Source: Tichowtungia sp.
GTDB lineage: Bacteria > Verrucomicrobiota > Kiritimatiellia > Kiritimatiellales > Tichowtungiaceae
DNA: 56,172 bases
NCBI GenBank assembly: GCA_041595735.1
Contig: JBFHJU010000001.1
Span: 1-56,172, forward strand
Reading direction: 5' to 3'
Shown here: positions 1-9,964 of the stretch, piece by piece
How the letters are laid out: every line of letters starts with the position of its first letter
Numbering within the stretch: the stretch's first letter is position 1
Translations under genes and position numbers: made by a program
The notes under the pieces: generated by a model
The model's input: only the letters and a program-made list of their open reading frames with translations
What the model was told of the DNA's origin: nothing
Database searches by the model: none

Positions 1-92
1 GGCAGGTTGAATTCGGGGTTCCTGCTCAACTGTTCACCGGTCCATACCCTTTAAATATATACACACAAATATCCAGAAGCGCTGCGGCAAAC

Positions 93-377
93 TCAAACGG
101 CGATGGGGTGAATTTTTGCTAATTCGTCGACCAGTTTTTCTTCCGTCCGGTTAATGTCGAACAGTTCCTGAAGTCCGAGCCAGAAATCGGCGCGATTGTT
201 GAAAAAGCGGGCCAACCGCACGGCGGTGTCGGCAGTGATGCTGCGTTCGCCCCGCACAATGGTGTTGATGCGACGCACGGGAACGCGAATCTCTCTGGCC
301 AGTTGACTTTGGCTCAGGGCGTAGTCATCCAAAAACTCTTGAAGAGCTTCTCCGGGGTGTACATTGACAGGTTTCAT
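93..377 (-). CDS. higA: HigA-family addiction module antitoxin (HTH XRE)
   Basis: VHPGEAL...SQSQLA...ITADTAVRLARFF...FWLGLQ HigA/VapI pattern; directly downstream of the toxin gene. Confidence 0.9.
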   Translation of the reverse strand: MKPVNVHPGEALQEFLDDYALSQSQLAREIRVPVRRINTIVRGERSITADTAVRLARFFNNRADFWLGLQELFDINRTEEKLVDELAKIHPIAV

Positions 378-389
378 GGTTTAGTTCCT

Positions 390-668
390 TTAATGATAGT
401 CTACAAATTCAACGTCCTCGGCCCCGTTGGATGTCCAGCGAAAGCAAACTCGGTATTGCTGATTTATCCGAACTGAATACTGACCGCTTCGGTCTCCTCC
501 CAGTTTTTCAAGCCGATTGCCTGGCGGGGTTCGCAGGTCACTCACTTCATGTGCCAAATGAATGTACCGCAACTTGAGCTGTGCTTTTCGTTGCAGCGCC
601 ACCTCCAACCGGTGGGCCTGTCCTTCCCATATCCGTTGGATTCGTTTGTCCTTGAATGAGAGAATCAT
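390..668 (-). CDS. higB: HigB-type (RelE/ParE superfamily) toxin
   Basis: MILSFKDK...DLRTPPGNRLEKLGGDRSGQYSVRINQQYRVCFRW...VEFVDYH; toxin-before-antitoxin order; ATG at 668 preferred to the upstream TTG. Confidence 0.9.
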   Translation of the reverse strand: MILSFKDKRIQRIWEGQAHRLEVALQRKAQLKLRYIHLAHEVSDLRTPPGNRLEKLGGDRSGQYSVRINQQYRVCFRWTSNGAEDVEFVDYH

Positions 669-695
669 CTTCAATCCTTTGCGGATACCGGAAAA

Positions 696-724
696 GGTTT
701 ACCCTTTAGGGTGTAGATGTTCAA
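696..724 (-). promoter_or_regulatory. Putative sigma70 promoter of higBA with overlapping palindrome (possible HigA operator)
   Basis: Minus strand TTGAAC-17 nt-TAAACC; inverted repeat ACCCT-TT-AGGGT at 701-712 overlaps the spacer and -10. Confidence 0.45.
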
Positions 725-1012
725 GGGGATTTTTCCAGCCCCGCCAGAGACTCACCGACGACCGACATTCCTTCGCGGCTGGGCCCCGCCTTCGCTCTGC
801 GAGCTATGGCGGACAAGCGGAGAGCCAGCCAACCCTTTTCCATCCGCCGGCCCTGCCAGACTTCTTCCCGTCATTTCAAACTGCAATTGTAAAACCCATT
901 CAGGTTGGCAACCGCCCACCGCTATCCGGTCGAAAAAACGGTTCACCATAAAAACATGCGGAGAACTTACTAAAGGATGGAAATGCCCGGAATCTCGGGC
1001 ATAATCAGATCC

Positions 1013-2353
1013 ATGAATACGTTTGATACATCCATCCCCGTGGTTTCAAATTGCTCCTATTCGACGCCGCTGCGCTTTGCGGGACGGGATCCCTCCGCGA
1101 GAATCCGCTATCGACAGGACTCGGACCGCGTGAATGTCTTCACCTGTTCAAAAGAAAAAGAACAACCCGCGGCCGAACCGACGTTCGAACGGGCCGGCCC
1201 GCGCGAGTACATCACAGGCGATCCCTCCCGAATGACGGCGGCCATCGTGACCTGCGGCGGACTGTGCCCGGGGCTGAACGATGTCATCCGCGGCCTGGTG
1301 ATGAGCCTGAGCCATCATTACGGTGTACAGAAAATACTGGGAATCCGCTATGGCTACGCGGGGCTGGCGGCAGACGGGCACCCTCCGCTGGAGCTGACCC
1401 CCGAAACCGTCGAAGACATCCATCGCGACGGCGGGACGATTCTTGGAACGAGCCGCGGACAGCAGGATGTTCCGGTGATGGTTCAGACCCTGCTGGACTG
1501 GAAGGTCAACCTGCTTTTTGTCATCGGGGGAGACGGCACGCAGCGCGGGGCACTCGAATTGAGCGAAGAATTGATGCACCGCAACGCGCCGGTCGCCGTG
1601 ATTGGAATTCCCAAGACGATTGACAATGATATCCTGTGGGTCGATCAATCGTTCGGGTTTGACACCGCCGTCGAAATTGCCGCCCGGAGCGTGAACGACG
1701 CACATGTGGAGGCAAAATCCGCAGAACATGGCATCGGGGTCGTCAAGGTCATGGGACGTGACAGCGGGTTTATTGCCGCGCATGCCGCGCTGGCCTCACA
1801 GGAAGCCAATGTGGTTCTGGTCCCCGAGGTTCCGTTTTCGCTGGATCAGGACGGCGGATTACTGAATTTTATCGAACAGCGTATTCTCGAAAAAGACCAT
1901 GCCGTGATTGTGGTGGCCGAGGGGGCCGGTCAGGAGCATTTTGAGGATCCCGCGGATGTTCAAAAGAAGGATGCCAGCGGCAACCGGCTGCACCGGGATA
2001 TCGGACCGTTTCTCTGCGAAAAGATTCGGCATCGTTTTGCAATGAAAAACAAACCGCTCACGCTGAAGTATCTCGACCCGAGCTATTCGGTTCGTTCGGC
2101 ACCGGCCGGCGGCACCGACCGGATCTACTGCACCCGTCTGGCGCACGCGGCGGTTCATGCCGCACTGGCAGGCAAAACCGGAATGATGGTCAGCCGCTGG
2201 ACGGGGCATCTGGTGCATGTTCCGCTCGGCATGGTGACGCAAGGGCGGCGGACGATCAACCCGGCAGGCAGCCTGTGGCGCACCGTGCTGGAATCAACCG
2301 GACAGCCCTGCATGGCCCGCACCGCACCGCCTCTACAGCCGCAAATCGGATGA
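1013..2353 (+). CDS. pfkA: ATP-dependent 6-phosphofructokinase
   Basis: TCGGLCPGLN, GGDGTQRG (Gly = ATP type), PKTIDND and MGRDSG motifs; start could be 977 or 1013. Confidence 0.9.
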   Translation: MNTFDTSIPVVSNCSYSTPLRFAGRDPSARIRYRQDSDRVNVFTCSKEKEQPAAEPTFERAGPREYITGDPSRMTAAIVTCGGLCPGLNDVIRGLVMSLSHHYGVQKILGIRYGYAGLAADGHPPLELTPETVEDIHRDGGTILGTSRGQQDVPVMVQTLLDWKVNLLFVIGGDGTQRGALELSEELMHRNAPVAVIGIPKTIDNDILWVDQSFGFDTAVEIAARSVNDAHVEAKSAEHGIGVVKVMGRDSGFIAAHAALASQEANVVLVPEVPFSLDQDGGLLNFIEQRILEKDHAVIVVAEGAGQEHFEDPADVQKKDASGNRLHRDIGPFLCEKIRHRFAMKNKPLTLKYLDPSYSVRSAPAGGTDRIYCTRLAHAAVHAALAGKTGMMVSRWTGHLVHVPLGMVTQGRRTINPAGSLWRTVLESTGQPCMARTAPPLQPQIG

Positions 2354-2365
2354 CAGGAAACAGGT

Positions 2366-3160
2366 ATGCTTGATTATCAAAAACTCTGGACGCCGCCCGC
2401 CATCGGCAAAGATCAGACGCTGGATCTCTGCATCGGGTCGCTTCACCTCTGGATTCACCGGGGGGAAAAAGACTGGTACGTCGCCCATGAAATTGAGGAC
2501 GAAAGCGAGGCGCGCTGTTCGGCAGCGGTTTCCGACGCCCCGCTCTGTGCGGAGCGCGACTGGACGCGCTGGATTCTTGACGACCAAACGGATCGGGTCC
2601 ATCTGACCCCCTGTCTGCCGGACCGCCCGCTCATTGTCCGCCCCGAAATGCCGATGTGCCTGATGCCCAAACAGTCGGTTCAGTTCTTTGTCGGCATTCC
2701 AATCTGGCTGTCCATCACGTTTGATGCAAAACACAAACAGGCGATTGAAATTCCCTCCATGACCCTGTCCAATTCATGGTTCGGTCCTCTCACCGAAGGG
2801 GAATTGTGCTATGCAATCCGAACGACGGCCAAGCTGCATCAGCAGGACCTGCGGCCCAGTGCGCAGCGGGCCGTATTTCCCATGGAAGTGCGCAACTCGT
2901 CTGACGAAAAATTGAATTTCGAGCGCCTTTGTCTGCGCCCGCAATACCTCAATATATTCCAGGGCGACACCCGCATCTGGACGAGCAAGGGCCGCGTGAG
3001 CTACCGCGGGGCGGAACACTGGAGCCGGATCATCTACTCCTCCGGCGCGCCGGAATTTGACCAGGCCGGCCGGCTGATCGGGAAAGCCAGAGAGGCCATA
3101 CAGCGCGGTGCGCTTATGAAAACCTTCGACACCCTAATCCAACGGATCGACACCATATGA
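2366..3160 (+). CDS. DUF432-like hypothetical protein
   Basis: P-x-LPDRP-x-IVRP and LSNSWFGPLTEGELCYA patterns; overlaps the downstream MscS gene. Confidence 0.6.
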   Translation: MLDYQKLWTPPAIGKDQTLDLCIGSLHLWIHRGEKDWYVAHEIEDESEARCSAAVSDAPLCAERDWTRWILDDQTDRVHLTPCLPDRPLIVRPEMPMCLMPKQSVQFFVGIPIWLSITFDAKHKQAIEIPSMTLSNSWFGPLTEGELCYAIRTTAKLHQQDLRPSAQRAVFPMEVRNSSDEKLNFERLCLRPQYLNIFQGDTRIWTSKGRVSYRGAEHWSRIIYSSGAPEFDQAGRLIGKAREAIQRGALMKTFDTLIQRIDTI

Positions 3161-3999
3161 CCGAAACCTTTATCAACTGGCTGTCCACCCACACCGCCAC
3201 AATCATCCACTGCGTGCTGCTGCTGGGCATCGGCCTGCCCCTGCTTAAGTTCTGCGGCTATCTGATCCGCAAAGGGCTGAAGAACAAAGTCAGCGATCAA
3301 TCCATCATGCTGCTCAGCAAAGGCGTTGTGTACACGGGATCGGCCCTGATCATTCTGACGGTGCTGCAGCACGTGGGCGTCAAACTGGGCACCTTGCTGG
3401 GGGCGGCCGGCATCGCCGGCGTCGCGATCGGCTTTGCATCCCAGACCAGCCTGTCCAACCTGATCAGCGGGCTGTTCCTGATCTGGGAGCGCCCGTTCAC
3501 GGTCGGCGATGTGCTTCAGTCCGGCAGCGACCACGGGGTGGTCCATTCCATCGGCCTGCTGTCAATACAGCTGCGCACCTATACCAACCAGTTGATCCGG
3601 ATCCCCAACGAAGTGCTGATCAAATCCTCGTTCACCAACGTGACCCGCTTCCCGATCCGCCGCATGGATATCATGATCGGCGTGGCCTACAAGGAGGACA
3701 TTCAAACCGTCATGGACATCCTCAAAGACGTGGCCGACCGCAACCCCTACTGCCTGGACGAGCCGGCACCGCTCATCGTTTTCAAAGGGTTCGGAGATTC
3801 CGCTCTGGAACTTCAGTTCAGCCCCTGGTTTGCAAAAACCGATTATATCGCCCTGCGCAACAGCCTGCTCATGGAAGTGAAAAAACGCTTCGATGAAGAA
3901 GACATTGAGATCCCCTTCCCGCACCGCACGCTCTATGCCGGAGAAGCCACCAAACCGTTTCCTGTCCGGGTGGTCCCCGCACCGGAAATTCCGAAATAA
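3157..3999 (+). CDS. mscS: Small-conductance mechanosensitive channel (MscS family)
   Basis: GAAGIAGVAIGFASQTSLSNLISG, PFTVGD, IPN and IEIPFP motifs. Confidence 0.9.
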   Translation: MTETFINWLSTHTATIIHCVLLLGIGLPLLKFCGYLIRKGLKNKVSDQSIMLLSKGVVYTGSALIILTVLQHVGVKLGTLLGAAGIAGVAIGFASQTSLSNLISGLFLIWERPFTVGDVLQSGSDHGVVHSIGLLSIQLRTYTNQLIRIPNEVLIKSSFTNVTRFPIRRMDIMIGVAYKEDIQTVMDILKDVADRNPYCLDEPAPLIVFKGFGDSALELQFSPWFAKTDYIALRNSLLMEVKKRFDEEDIEIPFPHRTLYAGEATKPFPVRVVPAPEIPK

Positions 4000-4019
4000 C
4001 GGAAATTTCCGCCGGGCCC

Positions 4020-4982
4020 CTACGGGGCCTGAACGACCTGACGGAGCACATCGTCCGTTGTGACCAGGCCGATGACATCGTTTTGCTCACCGGTCACCAG
4101 GCCCATGGACTGGCGCGCCAAACGCAGAATCGGCATGATCTCGTCGGCGGGCGTATCGGCCGGAATGAATACGGGGCGGGTCGCGGCCCCGCGCACATCA
4201 TGGGGTTCACGGGCCAGCACGTCCAGCACCGCCACGATGCCGGTGAAGCGGCCCGTTTCGGGATCCCGCACCGGAAATCTTGAAAAATCCCGTTCGCGTG
4301 CCCGTGCGATAAACTGATCCGGGGTTGCATCGGCAGATACCGATACAATCCGGTCCACCGGAATCATGAGCGCCCGGGCCGGTTTCTCCGCGAGATCAAC
4401 GGTCCGCTGAATCATCGCGCGTTCCTCCGCAGTCAGAACACCGTGCTGCTCGCCCTCGGAAACCAGGAGTTTCAATTCCCCCCGGTTGGCCAGCGCGCAA
4501 AGATCCTGACGAGCGGTGTTTTTACCGGGAATGATCAGGCCGGCCATCCAGGTTGCGGCCGTGCCCACGGGCCGGAAAACAACCCAGGCCCACTTCAACA
4601 GGTCCGCAAACCGGGCCGAACGCGCATAGGGCCGCGCCTGAAACCAGGCCTTGGGAATAAACTCGCCGAACAGAAGCAGAATCACCGTCAAAGCAAGGGT
4701 CATGGTCGATCGGCCCGCAACGCCCCAGCGATCCGGAGTCATGCTGGCCCACAGCACCGAAGACACCACCACGCACAGATTCGTCCCCACAAGCGTCGTA
4801 CCCAGAAGCCGGTCCGGTTCTTCGAGAAAATAGGCCAGAGTCCGGGCGGCGGCATCCCCCTTCTGCAGCCGGTGGCGCAGACGAAGCCGGCGGATCGAGA
4901 TGACGCCCGTCTCCATGCCGGAGAAAAACGCCTCGCCCATCACACAAAACACCACCGCAAGGATCTGGAACTGAACGCTCAT
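4020..4982 (-). CDS. CNNM (DUF21) + CBS domain membrane protein
   Basis: AFFSGMET, LLGTTLVGTNL, FGEFIPK, FSRFPV; no CorC C-terminal domain. Confidence 0.85.
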   Translation of the reverse strand: MSVQFQILAVVFCVMGEAFFSGMETGVISIRRLRLRHRLQKGDAAARTLAYFLEEPDRLLGTTLVGTNLCVVVSSVLWASMTPDRWGVAGRSTMTLALTVILLLFGEFIPKAWFQARPYARSARFADLLKWAWVVFRPVGTAATWMAGLIIPGKNTARQDLCALANRGELKLLVSEGEQHGVLTAEERAMIQRTVDLAEKPARALMIPVDRIVSVSADATPDQFIARARERDFSRFPVRDPETGRFTGIVAVLDVLAREPHDVRGAATRPVFIPADTPADEIMPILRLARQSMGLVTGEQNDVIGLVTTDDVLRQVVQAP

Positions 4983-6214
4983 GATTTCTCCTCATTCAGG
5001 CGCCGCTCAAAAACAACACTGGCAACCCGGTGGTGCCGCATCGCACGAACTGTCATGCGCCATCCGGGCAGCCTGACGATATCGCCCCGCCGCGGAATAC
5101 GCTCCAGACGCTCGGAGATCCATCCGCCGATCCGGCTGGCCCCTTCTTCGGCCGTCAGCTCCAGCTCCAGCTCATCATTGATCTCTTCCAGACTGGTGTC
5201 TCCGCCGATCATCCACCGGTCTTCACCGGCCGGCTCAATCCCCGCACGGGTGGTGCTGTTGCTCAGCGGCTCTTCATCAATGATTTCGTCCATGACATCC
5301 CCCAGCGTCACAATGCCGGCCGTTCCGCCAAACTCATCCACGACACAGGCCGCCCGCTGCTTCTGACCATCCAGCATCACCATCAGTTTGTTCAACGGCA
5401 TGGACTGAGGAACAAACATGGGCGGAACGAGCGCATCGTCCAGCCGGAACGGGTCGGCCAGCAGAAAGCGCCGCACATCCAGAAACCCCTGCACATGATC
5501 CGGGGTTTCTCTGTAGACCGGCAGGAACTTGAACCGCGCTTTCCGCGCGATGCGGGCAATCTCATTCACGGGATCCGCCTCATCGGCCGCGACGAGGTCC
5601 ACTCGCGGCGTCATGACATCGCCGGTGGTCAATCCTTCCAGACGGATAATCCCCTCGACGATGCTGCGCTCCTCGCTGTCCAGCACACCCTCTTTTTCGC
5701 TGTCCTGCAGAGCCGTGCGGAACTCCTCTTCAGTCAGCTTCGGGCTGGGAACAAGCCAGTGTTCCAGCAGCCGGGCAACCCACCCGAGTGCCCGGGTTGC
5801 CGGGGTGAGAATCCGCGTCAGGACATCGAGAGGCAAGGCATAGAGGATCGATAGTTTTTCAGGAAAATGAAGCGCGAGGCGCTTGGGAGAGATCTCGCCG
5901 AATATCAGCAGCAGAATGGTCATGCACGGGATGGCGACGACGATCCCCTGGGCCGGCAGCAGCTGCTCAAGCATGGCATAGCCAAGCGCCGAGGCAACCA
6001 CATTGACCAGCGTGTTTCCGATCAGAATGGCCGACAGCAGACGTGTCGGCATGGACAGCGCGCGTTCGATCCGGGCCCCCGCGTGCGGATGGGTTTGCTT
6101 GATCCGGTGAACCTGCATCGGGTCCAGAGAGAAGAGCGCGGATTCAGAGCTTGAGAAAAAAGCCGAAAACCCGAACAACACCATCAGGAATATCAGCTCG
6201 AGAATCAAAACCAT
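4979..6214 (-). CDS. Hemolysin/CNNM family protein (DUF21-CBS-CorC)
   Basis: SAFFSSSE, LIGNTLVN, FGEISPK, VMTPR, VVDEFGGTAGIVT. Confidence 0.88.
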   Translation of the reverse strand: MVLILELIFLMVLFGFSAFFSSSESALFSLDPMQVHRIKQTHPHAGARIERALSMPTRLLSAILIGNTLVNVVASALGYAMLEQLLPAQGIVVAIPCMTILLLIFGEISPKRLALHFPEKLSILYALPLDVLTRILTPATRALGWVARLLEHWLVPSPKLTEEEFRTALQDSEKEGVLDSEERSIVEGIIRLEGLTTGDVMTPRVDLVAADEADPVNEIARIARKARFKFLPVYRETPDHVQGFLDVRRFLLADPFRLDDALVPPMFVPQSMPLNKLMVMLDGQKQRAACVVDEFGGTAGIVTLGDVMDEIIDEEPLSNSTTRAGIEPAGEDRWMIGGDTSLEEINDELELELTAEEGASRIGGWISERLERIPRRGDIVRLPGWRMTVRAMRHHRVASVVFERRLNEEKS

Positions 6215-6400
6215 CGTGTTGCAACCCGTCTCCCCCGGGGGGGGCTGTGCGCCGTTTCTTTGCCTGCCGGAAAGCAGACTGCGAACCGCGCGATCAAAAA
6301 ACTATCATCATCCATTAAAACTGCAAGCGATCGGAACGGCATCCACTTAAAAGCAAACCGCAAGAGGGTGCAATGTTAAAAACAAGCAGAAGAACCCGCC

Positions 6401-7372
6401 TCACCCCCGGGCGGCGCTCAGGATGAGCCAGGCGATATAAGCGATACCGCCCCCGAGAAACAGAGCGCCTTCCCGCCGTGAAATGCGGCCGCCCGTAAAG
6501 AAAACCGGCAGGCAGGCCGCGGCCACCAGAATCATGACCGACAAATCGGCGCGCATGACCTCAGGCGACACGACAATGCCGGACGGCGATACCATGCCCG
6601 TTACCCCCAGCACCGCCAGCAGGTTGAACAGATTGCTGCCGACCACGTTGCCGACGGCGATGTCGCGCTCTCCGCGAATGCCGGCCACCACAGACGTCGC
6701 CAGCTCAGGCAGTGAGGTTCCGCACGCAACAATCGTCAGACCGATCACCCGGTCGCTGACGCCGAGTTTCTGCGCAATAACCACCGCGCCGTCAACCAGC
6801 CATCCGGACCCCAGAACCAGCAGACCCAAACCGGCCAGAACCAGCACGACATCCTTCAGCAGGGCGCTCCGCGGACGCGGCTTGCCGCCGCCGTATTCGC
6901 GGGCAAACTCATCCTGCGTCACCTGATTCTCGCGGCGGCTCTGCCGGATCAGAAAAACGGTATAGGCGACCATCCCGGCAAACAGAAAGCCGCCTTCCGG
7001 ACGGCTGATCCCCCCATTCAGTGAAAGCAGCCAGACGGCAACCGAAACAGCAATCATCAGCGGGACATCGAACCGGATCAGCGGCCGCGACACCACCAGC
7101 GGGGTCACCAGCGCCGACAGGCCCAGAATAAAAAGTATGTTGAAAATATTGCTGCCGATCACATTGCCCAGCGCGAGTCCGGCCTGGCCGGCCGAACCGG
7201 AAACCGTGCTGACCGCCATTTCCGGCGCGCTGGTTCCGAATGCGACCACCGTCAGGCCGATCACCAGCGGGGAAATGCCGATGGCGGCGGCCAGCCGGGA
7301 TGCGCCGCGCACCAGCGCTTCAGCACCGGCCACCAGCAGAACAAGTCCGGTCATGAACAAAACGGTTTCCAT
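6401..7372 (-). CDS. Calcium/sodium antiporter (YrbG-like, CaCA family)
   Basis: Two alpha repeats: GTSAPE...GNVIGSNIFN and GTSLPE...GNVVGSNLFN. Confidence 0.92.
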   Translation of the reverse strand: METVLFMTGLVLLVAGAEALVRGASRLAAAIGISPLVIGLTVVAFGTSAPEMAVSTVSGSAGQAGLALGNVIGSNIFNILFILGLSALVTPLVVSRPLIRFDVPLMIAVSVAVWLLSLNGGISRPEGGFLFAGMVAYTVFLIRQSRRENQVTQDEFAREYGGGKPRPRSALLKDVVLVLAGLGLLVLGSGWLVDGAVVIAQKLGVSDRVIGLTIVACGTSLPELATSVVAGIRGERDIAVGNVVGSNLFNLLAVLGVTGMVSPSGIVVSPEVMRADLSVMILVAAACLPVFFTGGRISRREGALFLGGGIAYIAWLILSAARG

Positions 7373-7656
7373 AGCTCCTCCGGATATCAGAGCGGAACGC
7401 AGCGCTGCGCCGCGTTCTGTCTGAAAAATCCTAGATAACCTTTCCCCGCACGAACCGCCACTAAAATCGATTCAGACAGCCGAATAACGGCGAAACAAAC
7501 AACCCGGCGCAGGCATCCGATTATGCTGGCGGACACTGCGGGAAAGGAGTATATGCACAGCATCCGGCAGGCAGTTGAACATGACAGCCGAAAAAACAGC
7601 CGCCGGCAAAACGGGCCGAATCAACGGCGCGTTGCAAACAGAAGGAGCACTGGACT

Positions 7657-8082
7657 ATGGAAACGAGGGTCGGACTCTGGATTGATCATCGCAAGGCGAT
7701 TCTGGTAACCGTCAAAGACGGGGAAACGGCGGTGACAGACATCGCCTCGAACGTCGAGAAAGACCACCGCCTCGCCGGTGGCGCGCGTTCAAAAACACCG
7801 TACGGTCCCCAGGACGTCGCCTCGGAGCACCAGCTCGAAGAACGGCGCATGCATCAGCTCAACCGTTTCTTCGCCGATGTCGAGGGGCATATTCAATCCG
7901 CCAAACAGATCTACGTGATGGGTCCGGGCGAAGGCAAGATGGAGTTTGTCAAGCACCTGCGCAAATCCCCGGTCATGAAGGATCGCATCGCCGGAATCGA
8001 GACGTGCGACAAGATGACCGAAAACCAGATTGTCGCGGATGTCAGGGCGTTCTACAAACTGCCGGCACGGCGGCGGGGATAG
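7657..8082 (+). CDS. Small hypothetical protein, possibly host-attachment/eRF1-like fold
   Basis: GLWIDHRKA N-terminus and IYVMGPGEGK motif; GGAG ribosome-binding site upstream. Confidence 0.6.
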   Translation: METRVGLWIDHRKAILVTVKDGETAVTDIASNVEKDHRLAGGARSKTPYGPQDVASEHQLEERRMHQLNRFFADVEGHIQSAKQIYVMGPGEGKMEFVKHLRKSPVMKDRIAGIETCDKMTENQIVADVRAFYKLPARRRG

Positions 8083-8163
8083 AGACCGCGGACACGGCCC
8101 CGTGACGGTGCTTTTCCCGGCAGCGATGCCCGCCGGGCGCGGCAGATTTTGAAAACAGAAAAC

Positions 8164-9861
8164 TCAGGCGGCTTTTCCCAGCAATTCGGACAGCCGCCCG
8201 GGAAGTTCATTTGAGGACGCACCCAGCAGAAACTCCCTGGTTTCCGGACGAATAAAAATTGAGGCGATCGCACGCAGTAAATCCAGCTGCACGTTTCCCT
8301 CGGCTTCGGCGGGGGTAAGCAGGAGAAAAATGAAGTAAACCGGCAGCCCGTCGGGCGAATTCCACTCGACGACGCCGGGAACCCGGGCGAAGGCAAACCG
8401 CGGCGTTGCAATTCCGGGCAGACGGGCGTGCGGAACCGCCACCCCGTGCCCCATCGCAGTGCCCATACTGTCTTCCCGATCCAAAACCGAAGCAGTAACT
8501 CCCGGAACGTCGAGCCCGCTTCCGGCCAGCTCGCAGAGTTGGCGGATGGCCTCGTTGCGATCGACCGCCTGCAGAGACGGAAGAACCTGTTCTGAATGGA
8601 GCAGAGAGACCGGACGGACGTGCCGCCCGCGATTCAGCGCCATCTTCATCCAGGGGCCGACCAGGACCGAGGAAAGAACCGCGCTGACGATGATGGCAAC
8701 AAAAACCGGCGGCGTGATGACGTCGTACTCCACAGCCAAAATTCCGATCACAATCTGCATTTCGCCGCCGGGGGTGTGCGCGGCCGCAATCAGCTGGCGG
8801 TTGGTTTTCGGGTGCCGGGTCAGGCTGACTCCGGCCCAGGCGCCCGCGAACCGCCCGGCCACCCCGATACAAAGCAGGAATGCGGCCAGCGGCAGGTCGA
8901 GTTCTTTCAGAAAATCAATTTTGAGCCCGATGGATGCAAAAAACAGGGGAACCAGCAGCGCCTTGACCAGATGGGAGATGGTTTGCCGGGTGTTTTCAGA
9001 AAGGTGGCGCGATTCGCCGGCCATAATACCGGCAATAAAAAATCCAAACAGCGCATGGACCCCGATCGCAAGCGTCACCGCCCCGGCGGCCATCCCGAGG
9101 ACAAAAATCAGCGTCAGCGAAGTTCCCGGCTGAGGCCGCTTCATGCGGTTGATGCCGTCCAGCGCGCGATCGGTCAGCTTTTTTCCGACGGTGAAGCAGA
9201 TGACGGTGAAAGCGATGGTCAATACTGTAATCAGCGTGATGTCCGCCAAACTCATGCGCCCCCCGGTGGCGAAGCCGAGAATCACCGCAAAAACCACCCA
9301 ACCGACAATATCATTGATCGTCAGGGCGCACATCGTCAGCAGGCTGGCATCGCTGCGGTAAATGCCCAGATCCTGAAGGATGCGGGCGGTCACCGGCAAT
9401 GCGCTGATGGTCATGATCGTCGCAATGAACAGAGTGAACATCAGGCGGCCGCCTCCCGCTCCGATATAACTCTGCGGAAGAAAATAAACCGGAATAAAGG
9501 CGATCACCATGGGAAGGATCAGATCCGCCCCCGCGATGGTGAGCGCATCGCGCCGGTGGCGCAGCGCAGCGGTCAGGTTTGTTTCCAGTCCGGCATCGAG
9601 CAGGAAGAAAAGAATGCCGAGCCAGGCCACGGTTTCGAGCATGTTCTGCTGCATCATGTCGGCGGGGAAGATCAGCCCGTGCAGGCCGGGAGCAAATCGT
9701 CCGAAAATGGTCGGTCCCAGCACGATCCCGACCAGAATTTCGCCGGAGATGGCGGGCTGACCGATCCGCTGCAGCAGCAGACCGGCAATCCGGGAGAGAC
9801 TTAACAGAAGACAAACCTGCACAAGAAAAACAAGAATCATGCTTTCATTGAGATAATGCAT
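8164..9861 (-). CDS. Cation:proton antiporter (CPA2) fused to a C-terminal PTS EIIA domain
   Basis: GQPAISGEILVGIVLGP, TISALPV, IND transmembrane motifs; C-terminal REDSMGTAMGHGVAVPHAR EIIA signature; GGAGGAG before ATG 9861. Confidence 0.88.
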   Translation of the reverse strand: MHYLNESMILVFLVQVCLLLSLSRIAGLLLQRIGQPAISGEILVGIVLGPTIFGRFAPGLHGLIFPADMMQQNMLETVAWLGILFFLLDAGLETNLTAALRHRRDALTIAGADLILPMVIAFIPVYFLPQSYIGAGGGRLMFTLFIATIMTISALPVTARILQDLGIYRSDASLLTMCALTINDIVGWVVFAVILGFATGGRMSLADITLITVLTIAFTVICFTVGKKLTDRALDGINRMKRPQPGTSLTLIFVLGMAAGAVTLAIGVHALFGFFIAGIMAGESRHLSENTRQTISHLVKALLVPLFFASIGLKIDFLKELDLPLAAFLLCIGVAGRFAGAWAGVSLTRHPKTNRQLIAAAHTPGGEMQIVIGILAVEYDVITPPVFVAIIVSAVLSSVLVGPWMKMALNRGRHVRPVSLLHSEQVLPSLQAVDRNEAIRQLCELAGSGLDVPGVTASVLDREDSMGTAMGHGVAVPHARLPGIATPRFAFARVPGVVEWNSPDGLPVYFIFLLLTPAEAEGNVQLDLLRAIASIFIRPETREFLLGASSNELPGRLSELLGKAA

Positions 9862-9964
9862 TCCGTCTCCTCCCGGCTTTTCAGAGATACTAAGAGGGCA
9901 AAAGCAGGTCGTCGAGCGAACAGATTCGTTTTCTGCATCCAACCGGACGCCCGGGCCGCCGATC

